A DNA stretch of 64,000 nucleotides from NCBI GenBank assembly GCA_015655125.1, contig JAATFP010000109.1, forward strand, positions 1,798-65,797. The letters are read 5' to 3'. Source of the stretch: Chitinophagales bacterium (lineage in GTDB: Bacteria; Bacteroidota; Bacteroidia; Chitinophagales; Chitinophagaceae). Positions 38,801 through 48,266 of the stretch are shown in pieces (positions within the stretch are counted from its first letter, which is position 1; every line of letters starts with the position of its first letter). A program made the position numbers and the translations under genes. The notes under the pieces are model-generated. The model was not told the DNA's origin, ran no database searches, and worked only from the letters and a program-made list of their open reading frames with translations.

Positions 38801-38905
38801 GGCTTGAACAACATTCAATTGCGCACGCAAAGGCACAAAGGATTTGCAGACCTGGTGGCAACTCCTGCAAAAGGTACAAAATGGATCATTACGATGAAAA
38901 TATAA
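35864..38905 (+). CDS. Membrane sensor histidine kinase: periplasmic beta-propeller + Y_Y_Y, TM, HisKA_3 and HATPase; no receiver or AraC domain
   Basis: GFLWIATSNGLNCYDG-type propeller repeats, YEYRLLNFKNEW / LPAGKYDFEVRA (Y_Y_Y), PWWQSWWF before TM, DLHDDIG H-box, DMSDIVW-like helix, N-box EIISNAAKY, GNGLNNI. Confidence 0.9.
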   Translation: MLKQIFYTILITSFYATAAGQPPANIFFRKLTQQQGLSKNSIWSTYRDKQGFLWIATSNGLNCYDGSNVTLYDYNKNQSNTTPVNSVRYITEDDQNRLWMSSETKIFFFNKKTAHFTNIDLTAFKNKVDRISHLYYASDGNIYSGQGNYLLCVSSKTLKATLIETEKDSSLAKKYGIYHFAEDKEGWLWFSNYPSLYAYNLRSGIVKKYPVLPGRLNNVEPVEAGSIVDDRNFLWLGMYSSGGLARFNKDDGTIQYYSAENYRQSYAVTAVAQDVKDDYFLWVGTKTLGLGLFDKRTFSFVRFYTRNDARAGSIISNNISASINFDADQTCWVSTTDGLSYFNLRNQRLETFYVEPYDGKNFNRYQYEYILKDKKNPGQILLSTKDNGIIKYDYINSRQIFSLKNLSADPEKRYKQKFIDWLYAGRDGTIWYSSLEGISILNEDGSSKKILDIQQFKSRSAEKLQIYEGTEDNNEMLWFATSTGLWKYNKKTSYFSFADTSQPLLKEDMFYIKAAEKGVLWIILNNHSIVKYNPANRQLKEWKVYLDSSTKTSLVPLRLIVDKYNNVWATSVEGLIHLDATKNSIRIYKEKDGLCSSSLLQIAYDGDSMVYAGSEGCVAEININNKSIKTYSGNDGLVDNIVRGGIIISGENLYIGGRNYIQVMNTNGTIFKHTAPLLITQLLANDQKINFDSSNRVSLRFSQNSIQIDYRLLDLLDEAGFSYEYRLLNFKNEWVKAGAINKALFFNLPAGKYDFEVRAVNRKTGMIAAFNRLEVKIQTPWWQSWWFRISGLLAVVVLLYYLYNIRISKLLAIERTRQRIGKDLHDDIGTALSSITLMNTVLKKKIISNPEDAAKLADKVEDTSRQMIQNMSDIVWSINPGNDTLEKLANRLQQFMNDAFDENETDYTLTVAPTLFTKKIDMETRKDAYLICKEIISNAAKYSMAKTFRLALSSADNMLMIVAEDDGQSFDIKNERTGNGLNNIQLRTQRHKGFADLVATPAKGTKWIITMKI

Positions 38906-38966
38906 AATAACCCTGACGGGTTATTTTAACAGAATATAAAACAAACTACATTTAAAAAAAAGTCAG

Positions 38967-39596
38967 TTGAAAGTAATCATTTTTGAAGACAATTTTCTTG
39001 TACAACAAAGCCTTTGCGAAGTGCTGCGATCCGATGACCAGATCGATGTTTGCGGCACGTATGAAAATGCAAAAGGAATCGACCGCATCTACTCGGAACA
39101 CTCGCCAGACCTTGTAATTATGGATATAGACATGCCGGAAGTGAACGGACTTACAGGCCTTTCGATCCTTAAACAAAAAAACCCGGATGCCAGGGTATTG
39201 ATGTTCACCGTATTTGAAGAAAATGACAAAGTACTTAATGCGATTTGCCTCGGAGCAAATGGCTACATTTTGAAAAGCAGCAGCGGCGAAAAAATCATAG
39301 AGTCTGTGAAAGATGTGATCAATGGCGGTTCTCCATTAACACCAGCAATCGCAAGTAAAATATTAAAGCATTTCCCAAAACACAATATGAGTACCAACGA
39401 TGAATTGCTGATGCTGACCACAAAAGAAAAAGAAGTGCTCGAATTATTAGTGAAAGGTTACAGTTATAAAAAAATCGCCGCAGAATTATTTAAAAGTGTG
39501 GAGACGATCCGGACACAAATAAAAACGATCTACAGAAAGCTGAATGTAAAATCGAATGCAGAAGCCATTATCAAAGCATTGTCGAAAACAGCCTGA
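38967..39596 (+). CDS. NarL/LuxR-family response regulator
   Basis: Receiver FED...MDIDMP...K and C-terminal LTTKEKEVLELLVKGYSYKKIA HTH. TTG start. Confidence 0.93.
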   Translation: MKVIIFEDNFLVQQSLCEVLRSDDQIDVCGTYENAKGIDRIYSEHSPDLVIMDIDMPEVNGLTGLSILKQKNPDARVLMFTVFEENDKVLNAICLGANGYILKSSSGEKIIESVKDVINGGSPLTPAIASKILKHFPKHNMSTNDELLMLTTKEKEVLELLVKGYSYKKIAAELFKSVETIRTQIKTIYRKLNVKSNAEAIIKALSKTA

Positions 39597-39637
39597 GGAG
39601 TTTAGCTATTAGAGGTTGGCAAAATCTCCCCAAATTA

Positions 39638-39666
39638 AAAAGCTTTTCGAAAACCGAAAAGCTTTT
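39638..39666. terminator. Bidirectional terminator-like hairpin
   Basis: aaaagcttttcg-aaaac-cgaaaagctttt between convergent genes. Confidence 0.6.
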
Positions 39667-39690
39667 AGAGATTTTACTATCGGCCATTCA

Positions 39691-41829
39691 CTAACTCACT
39701 CCGCTTCCGTTGACCACTACGACATCCGGGTTCACAAATTGTAATTTTCCATCCGCATCTTCCGCCATCAATATCATACCGTTGCTTTCAATTCCACGCA
39801 TTTTACGTGGTGCGAGGTTTGTTACCACTGTCACTTGCTTTCCCACTATGGCCTCCGGTGAAAAATGAAGGGCGATTCCACTCACGATGGTTCGTGTTTC
39901 AAAACCAAGATCAACTTCTAACTTTAAAAGTTTGTCGGCCTTTTCCACTTTTTCTGCAGAAACAATAGTTCCGACTTTTAAATCGACCTTCGCAAAATCA
40001 TCAAACTGAATTATTTCTTTAATCGCAACTTCTTTTACTGGTTCAGATGTTGGTTGCTCATTGGCTGTTGTCATTTCTTTTATCTTTTTGCTTTTGATTT
40101 TTAATTTCTCAACCTGCGCCAAAACCTCCGCATCTTCAATTTTTCTAAACAGCAATTCGGGCGCACGAAGGGAATACCCCACACTTAATAATTTTGTCTT
40201 ACCCCCATTTTCCCAATCCAGCATCTTGTCTACCACCTTCATCATATACGTCATTTTCTTCGCTGCAAATGGTAGAAAAGGATTGATGAAGATTGCCAGG
40301 TTTGCCGTAAGCTGCAGGCAAATATGCAGACAATTATCAATGACCTGTTGCGCTTCAGCAGTAGGTTGACCTGTCTCATCTACTCTCTTTGCAACAATCC
40401 AGGGTTCTTTTTCCTGCATGTAACGATTTCCTTTTCTTGCAAGGTCAATTACTTCATACAAGGCATCCCGGAATTTATATGATTCAATAAGCTGCTGAAC
40501 ATTTTCTTTTGCCGAACCGATGTCAGACAATAATTGCCGGTCTTTTTCATCGACGATATCGTTGTGAAACGGAGGTACTTTTCCGCCACATAATTTATGC
40601 ATCAGCACAAATGCGCGGTTGACGAAATTTCCGAAAACGGCTACCAGTTCACCATTCACAGCTTCCTGGAAGCCTTTCCATGTAAATTCACTGTCTTTTG
40701 TTTCGGGCGCGATAGCAGTCAAATAATACCGAAGTGCATCCACCATCTGATCGCCGCCGTTTTCTGCCTTTACAAAGTCGTTGATATAATCATCCATTTC
40801 GATGCTCCAGCCCCTACTGGTACTCATCTTATCACCTTCCAGATTCATGAACTCATTGCTCGGTACATTATCGGGCAAAATATTTCCATGCAACTTCAAC
40901 ATTACGGGAAAAATGATACTGTGAAAAACGATGTTATCTTTTCCAATGAAGTGTACCAGTTTGGTGTTTTTATCATACCAATAAGACTTCCAGTCTTTCC
41001 CATTGTCAAGCGCCCATTGCTTAGTGGCACTGATATAACCGATCGGTGCATCAAACCATACATACAAAACTTTACCTTCGGCGCCTTCAACAGGTACGGC
41101 AATTCCCCAATCAAGATCCCGGGTAACGGCACGTGGCTGCAAACCCATATCCAGCCAGCTTTTGCACTGTCCAAGCACATTCGGCTTCCAGTCGGCTTTA
41201 TGATCTTCAAGGATCCATTTCCGCAAAAAATCTTCATGTTTATCCAGGGGAAGATACCAGTGCGTAGTGGATTTTTTTATCGGCGGTTTGCCGCTTAAAG
41301 TACTGTGTGGATTGATGAGTTGCTCAGGACTCAATGAAGTACCGCATCTTTCACATTGATCGCCGTAAGCATTCGGATTGGCGCAAACGGGACAGGTTCC
41401 GACAATATACCGGTCAGCCAAAAAAGTATTGGCTTCTTCATCAAAATATTGTTCGGTTTCTTTTATCTGAAGATCGCCCTTGTCGTTCAACACAGTAAAA
41501 AATTCCTGCGCGGTTTCATGATGGATCGGCGCGGAAGTGCGGTGATAGATATCAAAGGAAATTCCCAAATCGGCCATATTGTTTTTCAGCATCTCGTGGT
41601 ACTTATCTACAATCTCGCGCGGGGTCGTCTTTTCTTTCATTGCCTGTATGGTAATGGCGGCACCATGTTCATCGCTTCCACACACATATACTACATCTTT
41701 TTGCTGCGCACGCAAATAACGTACGTAAGTATCTGCAGGTAAATAGGCGCCTGCAAGATGGCCGATATGCTTCGGGCCATTGGCATACGGAAGGGCGCTG
41801 GTGATCAAATATCGTTTAGGATCTGTCAT
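39691..41829 (-). CDS. metG: Methionine--tRNA ligase with C-terminal tRNA-binding domain
   Basis: ALPYANGPKHIGH, CPVC / CERC zinc knuckle, KMSTS, C-terminal OB-fold (FDDFAKVDLKVG). Confidence 0.98.
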   Translation of the reverse strand: MTDPKRYLITSALPYANGPKHIGHLAGAYLPADTYVRYLRAQQKDVVYVCGSDEHGAAITIQAMKEKTTPREIVDKYHEMLKNNMADLGISFDIYHRTSAPIHHETAQEFFTVLNDKGDLQIKETEQYFDEEANTFLADRYIVGTCPVCANPNAYGDQCERCGTSLSPEQLINPHSTLSGKPPIKKSTTHWYLPLDKHEDFLRKWILEDHKADWKPNVLGQCKSWLDMGLQPRAVTRDLDWGIAVPVEGAEGKVLYVWFDAPIGYISATKQWALDNGKDWKSYWYDKNTKLVHFIGKDNIVFHSIIFPVMLKLHGNILPDNVPSNEFMNLEGDKMSTSRGWSIEMDDYINDFVKAENGGDQMVDALRYYLTAIAPETKDSEFTWKGFQEAVNGELVAVFGNFVNRAFVLMHKLCGGKVPPFHNDIVDEKDRQLLSDIGSAKENVQQLIESYKFRDALYEVIDLARKGNRYMQEKEPWIVAKRVDETGQPTAEAQQVIDNCLHICLQLTANLAIFINPFLPFAAKKMTYMMKVVDKMLDWENGGKTKLLSVGYSLRAPELLFRKIEDAEVLAQVEKLKIKSKKIKEMTTANEQPTSEPVKEVAIKEIIQFDDFAKVDLKVGTIVSAEKVEKADKLLKLEVDLGFETRTIVSGIALHFSPEAIVGKQVTVVTNLAPRKMRGIESNGMILMAEDADGKLQFVNPDVVVVNGSGVS

Positions 41830-41923
41830 GTATTTATTCGTTTCTACGGTTTATTTACGGATAGTATCCGATTACAAACGGATGTAAGCGGATACTTCCG
41901 TTTATTTAACCTGAATATTTTCG

Positions 41924-41955
41924 CAAAAATACCTTAATTGGCGTCAACGAGCAAA
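41924..41955 (-). promoter_or_regulatory. Promoter of metG
   Basis: Minus strand TTTG, 20 nt, TATTTTTG. Confidence 0.7.
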
Positions 41956-42137
41956 CCCAACTAAAAAGCCGGCACTTTGGTGGCATCCGGAAAACCTTCA
42001 TTACCCTTAAAGACTGGTTGTCTACTTTCCTCAAAAAAGTTCTGATACCAGATTCCACGGAAAAGAGTTGGCTAAATAGTTTGAAATTATTAGTTGAACC
42101 GGAAATTTCTTTATCATAATAACTGTACATTAGAAAG

Positions 42138-43151
42138 ATGAAACGGAAAAACTTTATTGCCGGCATCCTGCCTACGGCACTTTCCTTCTCTGCATTGGCA
42201 AAAAATATGGATGAGCCGGCAAAAGATTTCATTGTTCCCGGGTATTTAAAACCTGGTGATATGATCGGGATCACGTCGCCAGCAGGTTATATAACACTGG
42301 AAGATGTTCAGCCCGCAATAAAAAAAATGCAGGAATGGGGCTTTAAAATCAGGCTCGGAAGCACTATCGGAAAACGCGATTTTACTTTTGGCGGAACAGA
42401 CGCTGAACGATTGCAAGACCTTCAACAAATGCTTGATGACCGTCAATTAAAAGCCATCATGTGTGCGCGCGGCGGCTATGGCGCGGTAAGAATAATAGAT
42501 AGTATCGACTTCTCCGTTTTCAGGAAAAATCCGAAATGGCTCATCGGGTTCAGCGACATCACCGTTTTGCACGCGCATATTACCAGCAATTTCCATATCG
42601 CAACGCTGCATTCCAAAATGTGTAACAGTTTCCCGGCCGATTGGGATGCTGCAGAACCGATGCAAAAAGAAACCATCGAAAGCATCAGCAAATGTTTAAC
42701 CGGCATACCAATGATTTACAATCTCCCTTCCAATGCCATTAACATTAACGGTTCGGCAAGAGGAATTTTAGTGGGCGGAAACCTGAAAACAATTGAAACA
42801 TTAGCCGGAAGCAAAAGTAATCTTGTAACAACAAACAAAATCTTGTTTGTTGAAGACACTGGCGAATATTTGTACAGCATCGACCGCATGTTCTGGAACC
42901 TGCAAAGAAGCGGCAAACTCGCGGAACTGAAAGGGTTGATCGTTGGTGGCTTTAAAGTAAAAAAGGATGATGTGGGGGAAGAGTTTGGGCAAACATTGGA
43001 AAAGATCGTTCTTGATAAGGTGTCAAAATATCGCTATCCCGTTTGCTTTGATTTTCCGGTTGGACATCAGAAAAATAATTATGCACTGAAATGCGGGTTG
43101 ATGCATGAATTGATAGTGGGAAAAGAATGCACATTAACTGAGATGAGATGA
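42138..43151 (+). CDS. LD-carboxypeptidase family S66 with Tat-like N-terminal extension
   Basis: ARGGYG, GFSDIT (Ser), EDTGE (Glu), PVGH (His); N-terminus MKRKNFIAGILPTALSFSALA. Confidence 0.9.
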   Translation: MKRKNFIAGILPTALSFSALAKNMDEPAKDFIVPGYLKPGDMIGITSPAGYITLEDVQPAIKKMQEWGFKIRLGSTIGKRDFTFGGTDAERLQDLQQMLDDRQLKAIMCARGGYGAVRIIDSIDFSVFRKNPKWLIGFSDITVLHAHITSNFHIATLHSKMCNSFPADWDAAEPMQKETIESISKCLTGIPMIYNLPSNAININGSARGILVGGNLKTIETLAGSKSNLVTTNKILFVEDTGEYLYSIDRMFWNLQRSGKLAELKGLIVGGFKVKKDDVGEEFGQTLEKIVLDKVSKYRYPVCFDFPVGHQKNNYALKCGLMHELIVGKECTLTEMR

Positions 43152-43213
43152 TAGTTTGGGGAATTAATAAGTAGTAATTAACAATTCCGTTTACACACGT
43201 TGCCCGGCAAACC

Positions 43214-43325
43214 GTCTTCGGCAAGCTCAGACTGACAGTACTTATCATGTTGAGTTTGCCAAAAAACATAGGTATGCAGGTTTTATCTCATCTACCGCGT
43301 CCTGTCATGTTGAGCTTGCCGAAAC
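43214..43325. repeat. Cluster of three REP-like copies (one inverted, two direct, one of them degenerate)
   Basis: gtcttcggcaagctcagactgac (43214-43236); tatcatgttgagtttgcc (from 43243); gtcatgttgagcttgccgaaac (43304-43325). Confidence 0.75.
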
Positions 43326-43413
43326 ATAAATAGAATACGGATTTTCATTCAGGTTTATTTTTAGCACAGCACGTAAATTATTAGTTGTTCATTGTTGGTT
43401 ATTACCCGATTTT

Positions 43414-46400
43414 CTACCGGATCAAAACACTTGTTCCTTTTTGATAAACCGCTTTGTGCGAAACCGGATCCACGTAATTTAATTGCCAGATATATGTTCC
43501 GCCTTCGGCAGGCTGTCCTTTTTGCCGGCCGTCCCAGCCCTGTCGCGGATTGGTAGAACTGTATAGTAACTGGCCAAAACGATTGTAAACACGCAACAGG
43601 AAATTAGTGGCAAGATCTGCATTGATCGCTTTCAACTCATCATTTAATCCATCATTGTTGGGCGTAAATGCGCCCGCAACTTTGATCAGGCAATTATCAA
43701 GTACATGCACAAATATTTCGTCAAAACTTTTGCAGGTATGATTATCAACTGTCAGTCTATATGTATTTGAAACAGGTGCTGTTATAATATGCGAAATTGT
43801 TGCGCCATTGCTCCAAAGGTAAGTGTAGCCCGCTCTTGCAGCGACGCCTATCTCCATCGTAAGGCCGGGGCATAAGGTGATATCATCGCCAAGATTTACA
43901 ACCGGAATTGCATAAATCTGCGTAGATGCAGTTGCAGAAACATCATCGCAAAACCTGTCGTGAGCAAGCAAGGTGACGGTGTAGCTTCTTTCATTAGGGT
44001 AAGAAAAACTTACTTTATTTGTGTCGGTAAAAGTTAAATTGTTGCCGTTGTCCCATGTATAACTGCTGATGTTGCCGGTAACACTTCCAAGTAGCTGTAC
44101 AACATCGCCGGCACAATATTGCGTATTCAATGTCGCAAATGAAACGGTTGGCGAGGGCGTGATGAATATCTGCCTGGTGGCAGTATCCTTGCAGCCATAA
44201 TTATTTGTGAGGATCAGACTTATCGTATAGTTGTTGCTGTTTGCATAGCTATGCGGTGGCGGTGTTACACCGGCAAAAGTGGAGTTGTCGCCGAACTGCC
44301 ATAAATATTGCAGGTTGCCTCCGGTAGATTGATTCGTAAAGGTGATCGGCCTTTCGCGGCAAACAGTATCAACAGGATCGATCGTAAACTTAGGTTCAAA
44401 TGCATTATTGAGCGGATAGCTGCGTTGCAACGTGTCGTTACATAACCCGTTTGAAACAATTAATTTAACAGTGGCCGTAATGGTAGACACCGGAAAAGTA
44501 TGCGAAACATTTTGTCCGCTGGCAGTGGTTCCGTCACTAAACGTCCACTGCCATGAATTGATACCGGACCCGCCGGAATGCGACAATACAAGTGTATCCA
44601 TTACGCAACCAAATTTTACCTGGTCATTAAAGGTTGCGGAAGGTTTTCCGAGTACATTGAAGGAAATAGTATTTGCCGGATTTTGCGTTGCATAGCAGGT
44701 ATCCGTTAATGTTAATCCACCTGCTGTGAGGTTATGTAAAACATAGGTTCCAAAATTATTTATCGGGGCGCTGAAATTGATAATGATCCAATTACTGTAA
44801 CCTGTGCCACAAGTAGATGGGTCGCCGGCGGCAGAAACGACGGTAACCGGAGTGGGACCTGTTACGGTCCATTGTGCTCCATCTGCAGAGAAGGAATTAC
44901 AAAACAATGGATGGCTGTAAAAAATTTTTACCTGAGAAGGTGTGCATTTATCAAATTGTACTGAATCGAAGACAGGCCTTGGTGCCTGACTAGCGATGAA
45001 CGTCCGGGTTGCATTTACAGGTATGAAAGAGAAACAAGTGTCCGACAAGGTATTTCCATCGCTACCGTTTTTTATGTTTACACTAAAGTTACCCGCCGGC
45101 AAATTTCCGGATAATGTTAAAGTTGCCTGGTAAGTATACCCGTTTGTGCATTGCGCGGATGCCGCAATCACATTTAAACCGCCCGGAGCAATATTGAAAT
45201 CACTGCCATCTGCACTTAATGATGCACATCTTACCGGCTTATCAAAGGCCACTTTCACCTGGAAAGGTTTGCATTCATCAAAAGCGACCGACTGAATTAC
45301 AGGCGCGATGGTCGATTGTGGTATCACCAATGGAAACGTATAGCCAGCAGGCATTACGGCACTACAGGTATCTGTCAATGTTCCGCCATCGGAACCATTG
45401 CTCACCACAAGCTGGTAATTTCCGTAAGGCAATTGATCTTGCAACGTAACATTGATGATATCCGTATATCCGCCCGGCGCACAAACAAATTGCACATTTG
45501 CGATGGCGGGATTGCCGGGAGTAATGGAGAATTCACTTCCGGAAGCGGTGATCGTATTACAGAAAACCGGTTTTGACAATTTCACCTGGAATGTCTTCGG
45601 TGCGCAGCCGGAAAAAAGAACGTTGCTGACGGCAGGCAGAGGTGCCTGGGTTGTTACAAATGCTTTTGAATATGCTGCCGCGATAAATGCGTAGCAGGTA
45701 TCTGAAATAGTATTTCCATCAGATCCGTTTCCTATAACAATATTGAAATTACCGGCTGTTAAAGGATTTTGAAGCGTCAACGTGATCTGGTTACAATAGC
45801 TATTGGAACCGCAATTCGTTGCGCTTGCACTGATGATATGCGTTCCCGGGGTTACAGAAAACTCGCTTCCATTCGCAGAAACCGATGCGCAGCTAAATAC
45901 CTTGTCAAAGTTTAAAACAATTTTATCAGGGTGGCACTCGTCAAAAACAACGGACTGGATAATTGGCGCGACCGTATTTTGCGGAATCACCAACGGGAAA
46001 TTATAACCCGCTGTGAGGCCGATCCCGCAGGTGTCTATCAAAGTATTGCCATCGGTTCCATTATTTATTGCCAGTTGATAATTTCCAAATGGCAGAGGAT
46101 TTTGCAAAGTCAACCGGACAACTTTTGTGTAGGCCGGCGAACCCGTACAAACTGTTGCGGCACCTGTAATAACAGGTGTTCCGGGTGTAACAGAAAATTC
46201 GCTGCCGGTAGAAGTGATACTCGCGCAGCGGATGGGTCTTGCAAATGTAACATCAAATACATTGGGCGCACACCCGGAAAAGGTAACACCCGTGATCGCT
46301 TGTGCAGGTTGCGCCGCTACATTGAATGGAATTGAAGCAGGTAAAAGATCGCGCAGGCAAACATTTTTGAAGGTATTTCCATCAGAACCATTTGCTACAA

Positions 46401-47200
46401 CCAGATTATGGGTGCCGGGCAACAATGGCGCCTGCAGGTTGATGGTAAGTTCGGTAACCGAACTGGAAGAACTACATTGGGATACGATTCCGCTGATTAC
46501 ATTTGTTCCGTTTGTGATACTGAATTCACTTCCGGTGGGGGTAATGCTGCTGCAAAGTATATCTTCTGAAAAAGTTATTTTTAACTGATCTGCCGCGCAG
46601 TTTGTAACGGCCACATTTGTAATAGCAGGAATAGCAACCGGATCTACAAGCACGGCTGTTCCCGAAAAGGATAATCCATAACCGGTACCAGATGCCGACC
46701 AGTTAGTAACCATCAGCAAATAATCATGGCCGGCAATTAAAGTGGGCATTCTGTTGAATCGCGATGTGGTCGTACCAGCGCAGTTCACATCCAAAAGTCC
46801 TGCGGGTGTACATCCTGTGGCTCCGGTTACACCACTGATATTTAAAGATACCATTAGATTCATCGTATAAACATCTGATGGGGCGCGGCCCGTTACGTCC
46901 ATAAGTTCCCAATCATAATCATCCGATGCCGATCCTGGTGTGATCAGAAAACCAAGTGTGCCACCATTATAACAGTGAAATTTATACCAGTTTGAATTGT
47001 CGCTGGTTACTGCGTCCAGGCAAACATTGTTATTGGGTATATCGGGGCCGCTACAACTAGGTAAATATTGCTGGTTAAAGATCAGCGTTCCGCAAACCGC
47101 CTGTGCCGTTCCGGGTGTCATTCCTGAGCCGGTACATATTTGGGATCTCACCGAAAAGGAAATAGAATAACAATAATAAAATGAGTAAAGAAGATCTCAT
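43414..47200 (-). CDS. Large T9SS-secreted surface protein (six Ig-like repeats, PKD domains, gliding-motility-associated type B CTD); signal peptide out of frame
   Basis: C-terminal AFTPNNDGLND...VYNRFGQLL...GWDG...GTYIW; PKD motifs SWQWTFSDG and YLWQFGD. Main frame opens at GTG 47151; ATG 47200 is one base out of frame. Confidence 0.85.
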
Positions 47201-47234
47201 AGTTTAATTTTGAGGTCTGTAAATTTAACAAAAA

Positions 47235-48143
47235 ATGATCTTTCCTCCTTATTTAAAAAAAGGCGACACCATTGGAATTACCTGCCCCGCAGGCTATATG
47301 GCTGCCGAAAAAGCAGAAACCTGCATAACTACTTTACAAAGCTGGGGTTATAATGTGATGGTGGGAAAAACGCTGGGAAGCACGAGTACCAGTTATTTCA
47401 GCGGAACGGATGAAGAACGGCTGGACGAATTGCAAGCTATGCTCGATGACAAAAATATTCATGCCATCCTGTTTGGCCGCGGCGGTTACGGAACGGGCCG
47501 TATCATAGACCAATTGAATTTTACAAAATTCAGGAAAAATCCGAAGTGGCTCATCGGCTTCAGTGATATCACTGTGATCCATTGCCATCTGCTGGCCAAG
47601 TACAATATCGCTTCGCTTCATGCGCCGATGGCGGCTGCTTTCAATGACGAAGGTTATGCAAACGAATTCATCGGCTCATTGAAAAATATTTTAGCTGGCA
47701 AAAAAAACAATTACAAAATTGCTCCGTGTAATTTGAATCATGTTGGCAAAGCCACTGGCAAACTGATCGGCGGCAATCTCACTTTGCTGGCAAACATGAT
47801 CGGTACAGCATCTGATTTTGATACGAAAGGAAAGATTCTTTTTATTGAAGACATCGGCGAATATCTTTACAGTACTGACAGAATGCTTTATCACTTGAAA
47901 AGAAGCGGAAAGCTCAGGAAGGTCGCCGGGCTTGTATTTGGTGGTTTCACCGATATGAAAGATACAGAACGCCCGTTTGGAAAAACGATTTATGAAATAT
48001 TAGCCGATATTGCCGGCGAAGCAACCTATCCTGTTTGCTTTCATTTTCCGGTGAGTCATGGAAAGGAAAATTATGCGTTAAAAATCGGCGGCGAATACCA
48101 GTTGAGCGTGGGGAAGAAAAGTGTGAGTCTGAAAGAACTATGA
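47235..48143 (+). CDS. LD-carboxypeptidase family S66, cytoplasmic (LdcA-like)
   Basis: GRGGYG, GFSDIT, EDIGE, PVSH; no signal peptide. Confidence 0.92.
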   Translation: MIFPPYLKKGDTIGITCPAGYMAAEKAETCITTLQSWGYNVMVGKTLGSTSTSYFSGTDEERLDELQAMLDDKNIHAILFGRGGYGTGRIIDQLNFTKFRKNPKWLIGFSDITVIHCHLLAKYNIASLHAPMAAAFNDEGYANEFIGSLKNILAGKKNNYKIAPCNLNHVGKATGKLIGGNLTLLANMIGTASDFDTKGKILFIEDIGEYLYSTDRMLYHLKRSGKLRKVAGLVFGGFTDMKDTERPFGKTIYEILADIAGEATYPVCFHFPVSHGKENYALKIGGEYQLSVGKKSVSLKEL

Positions 48144-48198
48144 TGCCTGCTCCGGCAGCCCCGGAATTGAAGAAGTGGTTGCAATCCCGATGACCTGA

Positions 48199-48235
48199 AA
48201 TTAAAGAAGCCGGTCAGTTACCGGCTTCTTTAATT
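48199..48235. terminator. Bidirectional intrinsic terminator
   Basis: Perfect 16-bp stem aattaaagaagccggt / accggcttctttaatt. Confidence 0.85.
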
Positions 48236-48266
48236 TTGTCTGCACATCTTCCGCAATCTTTTATGT

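Noticed and set aside
41858-41903. cggat / ccgat motifs at about 10-nt spacing in the metG leader
   Set aside because: Short, explained by two small hairpins; no T-box or SAM riboswitch features seen.
47220-47227. Palindromic TAAATTTA as a shared -7 box for two divergent genes 34 bp apart
   Set aside because: No correctly spaced -33 TTTG on either strand, and the motif is expected by chance in AT-rich DNA.
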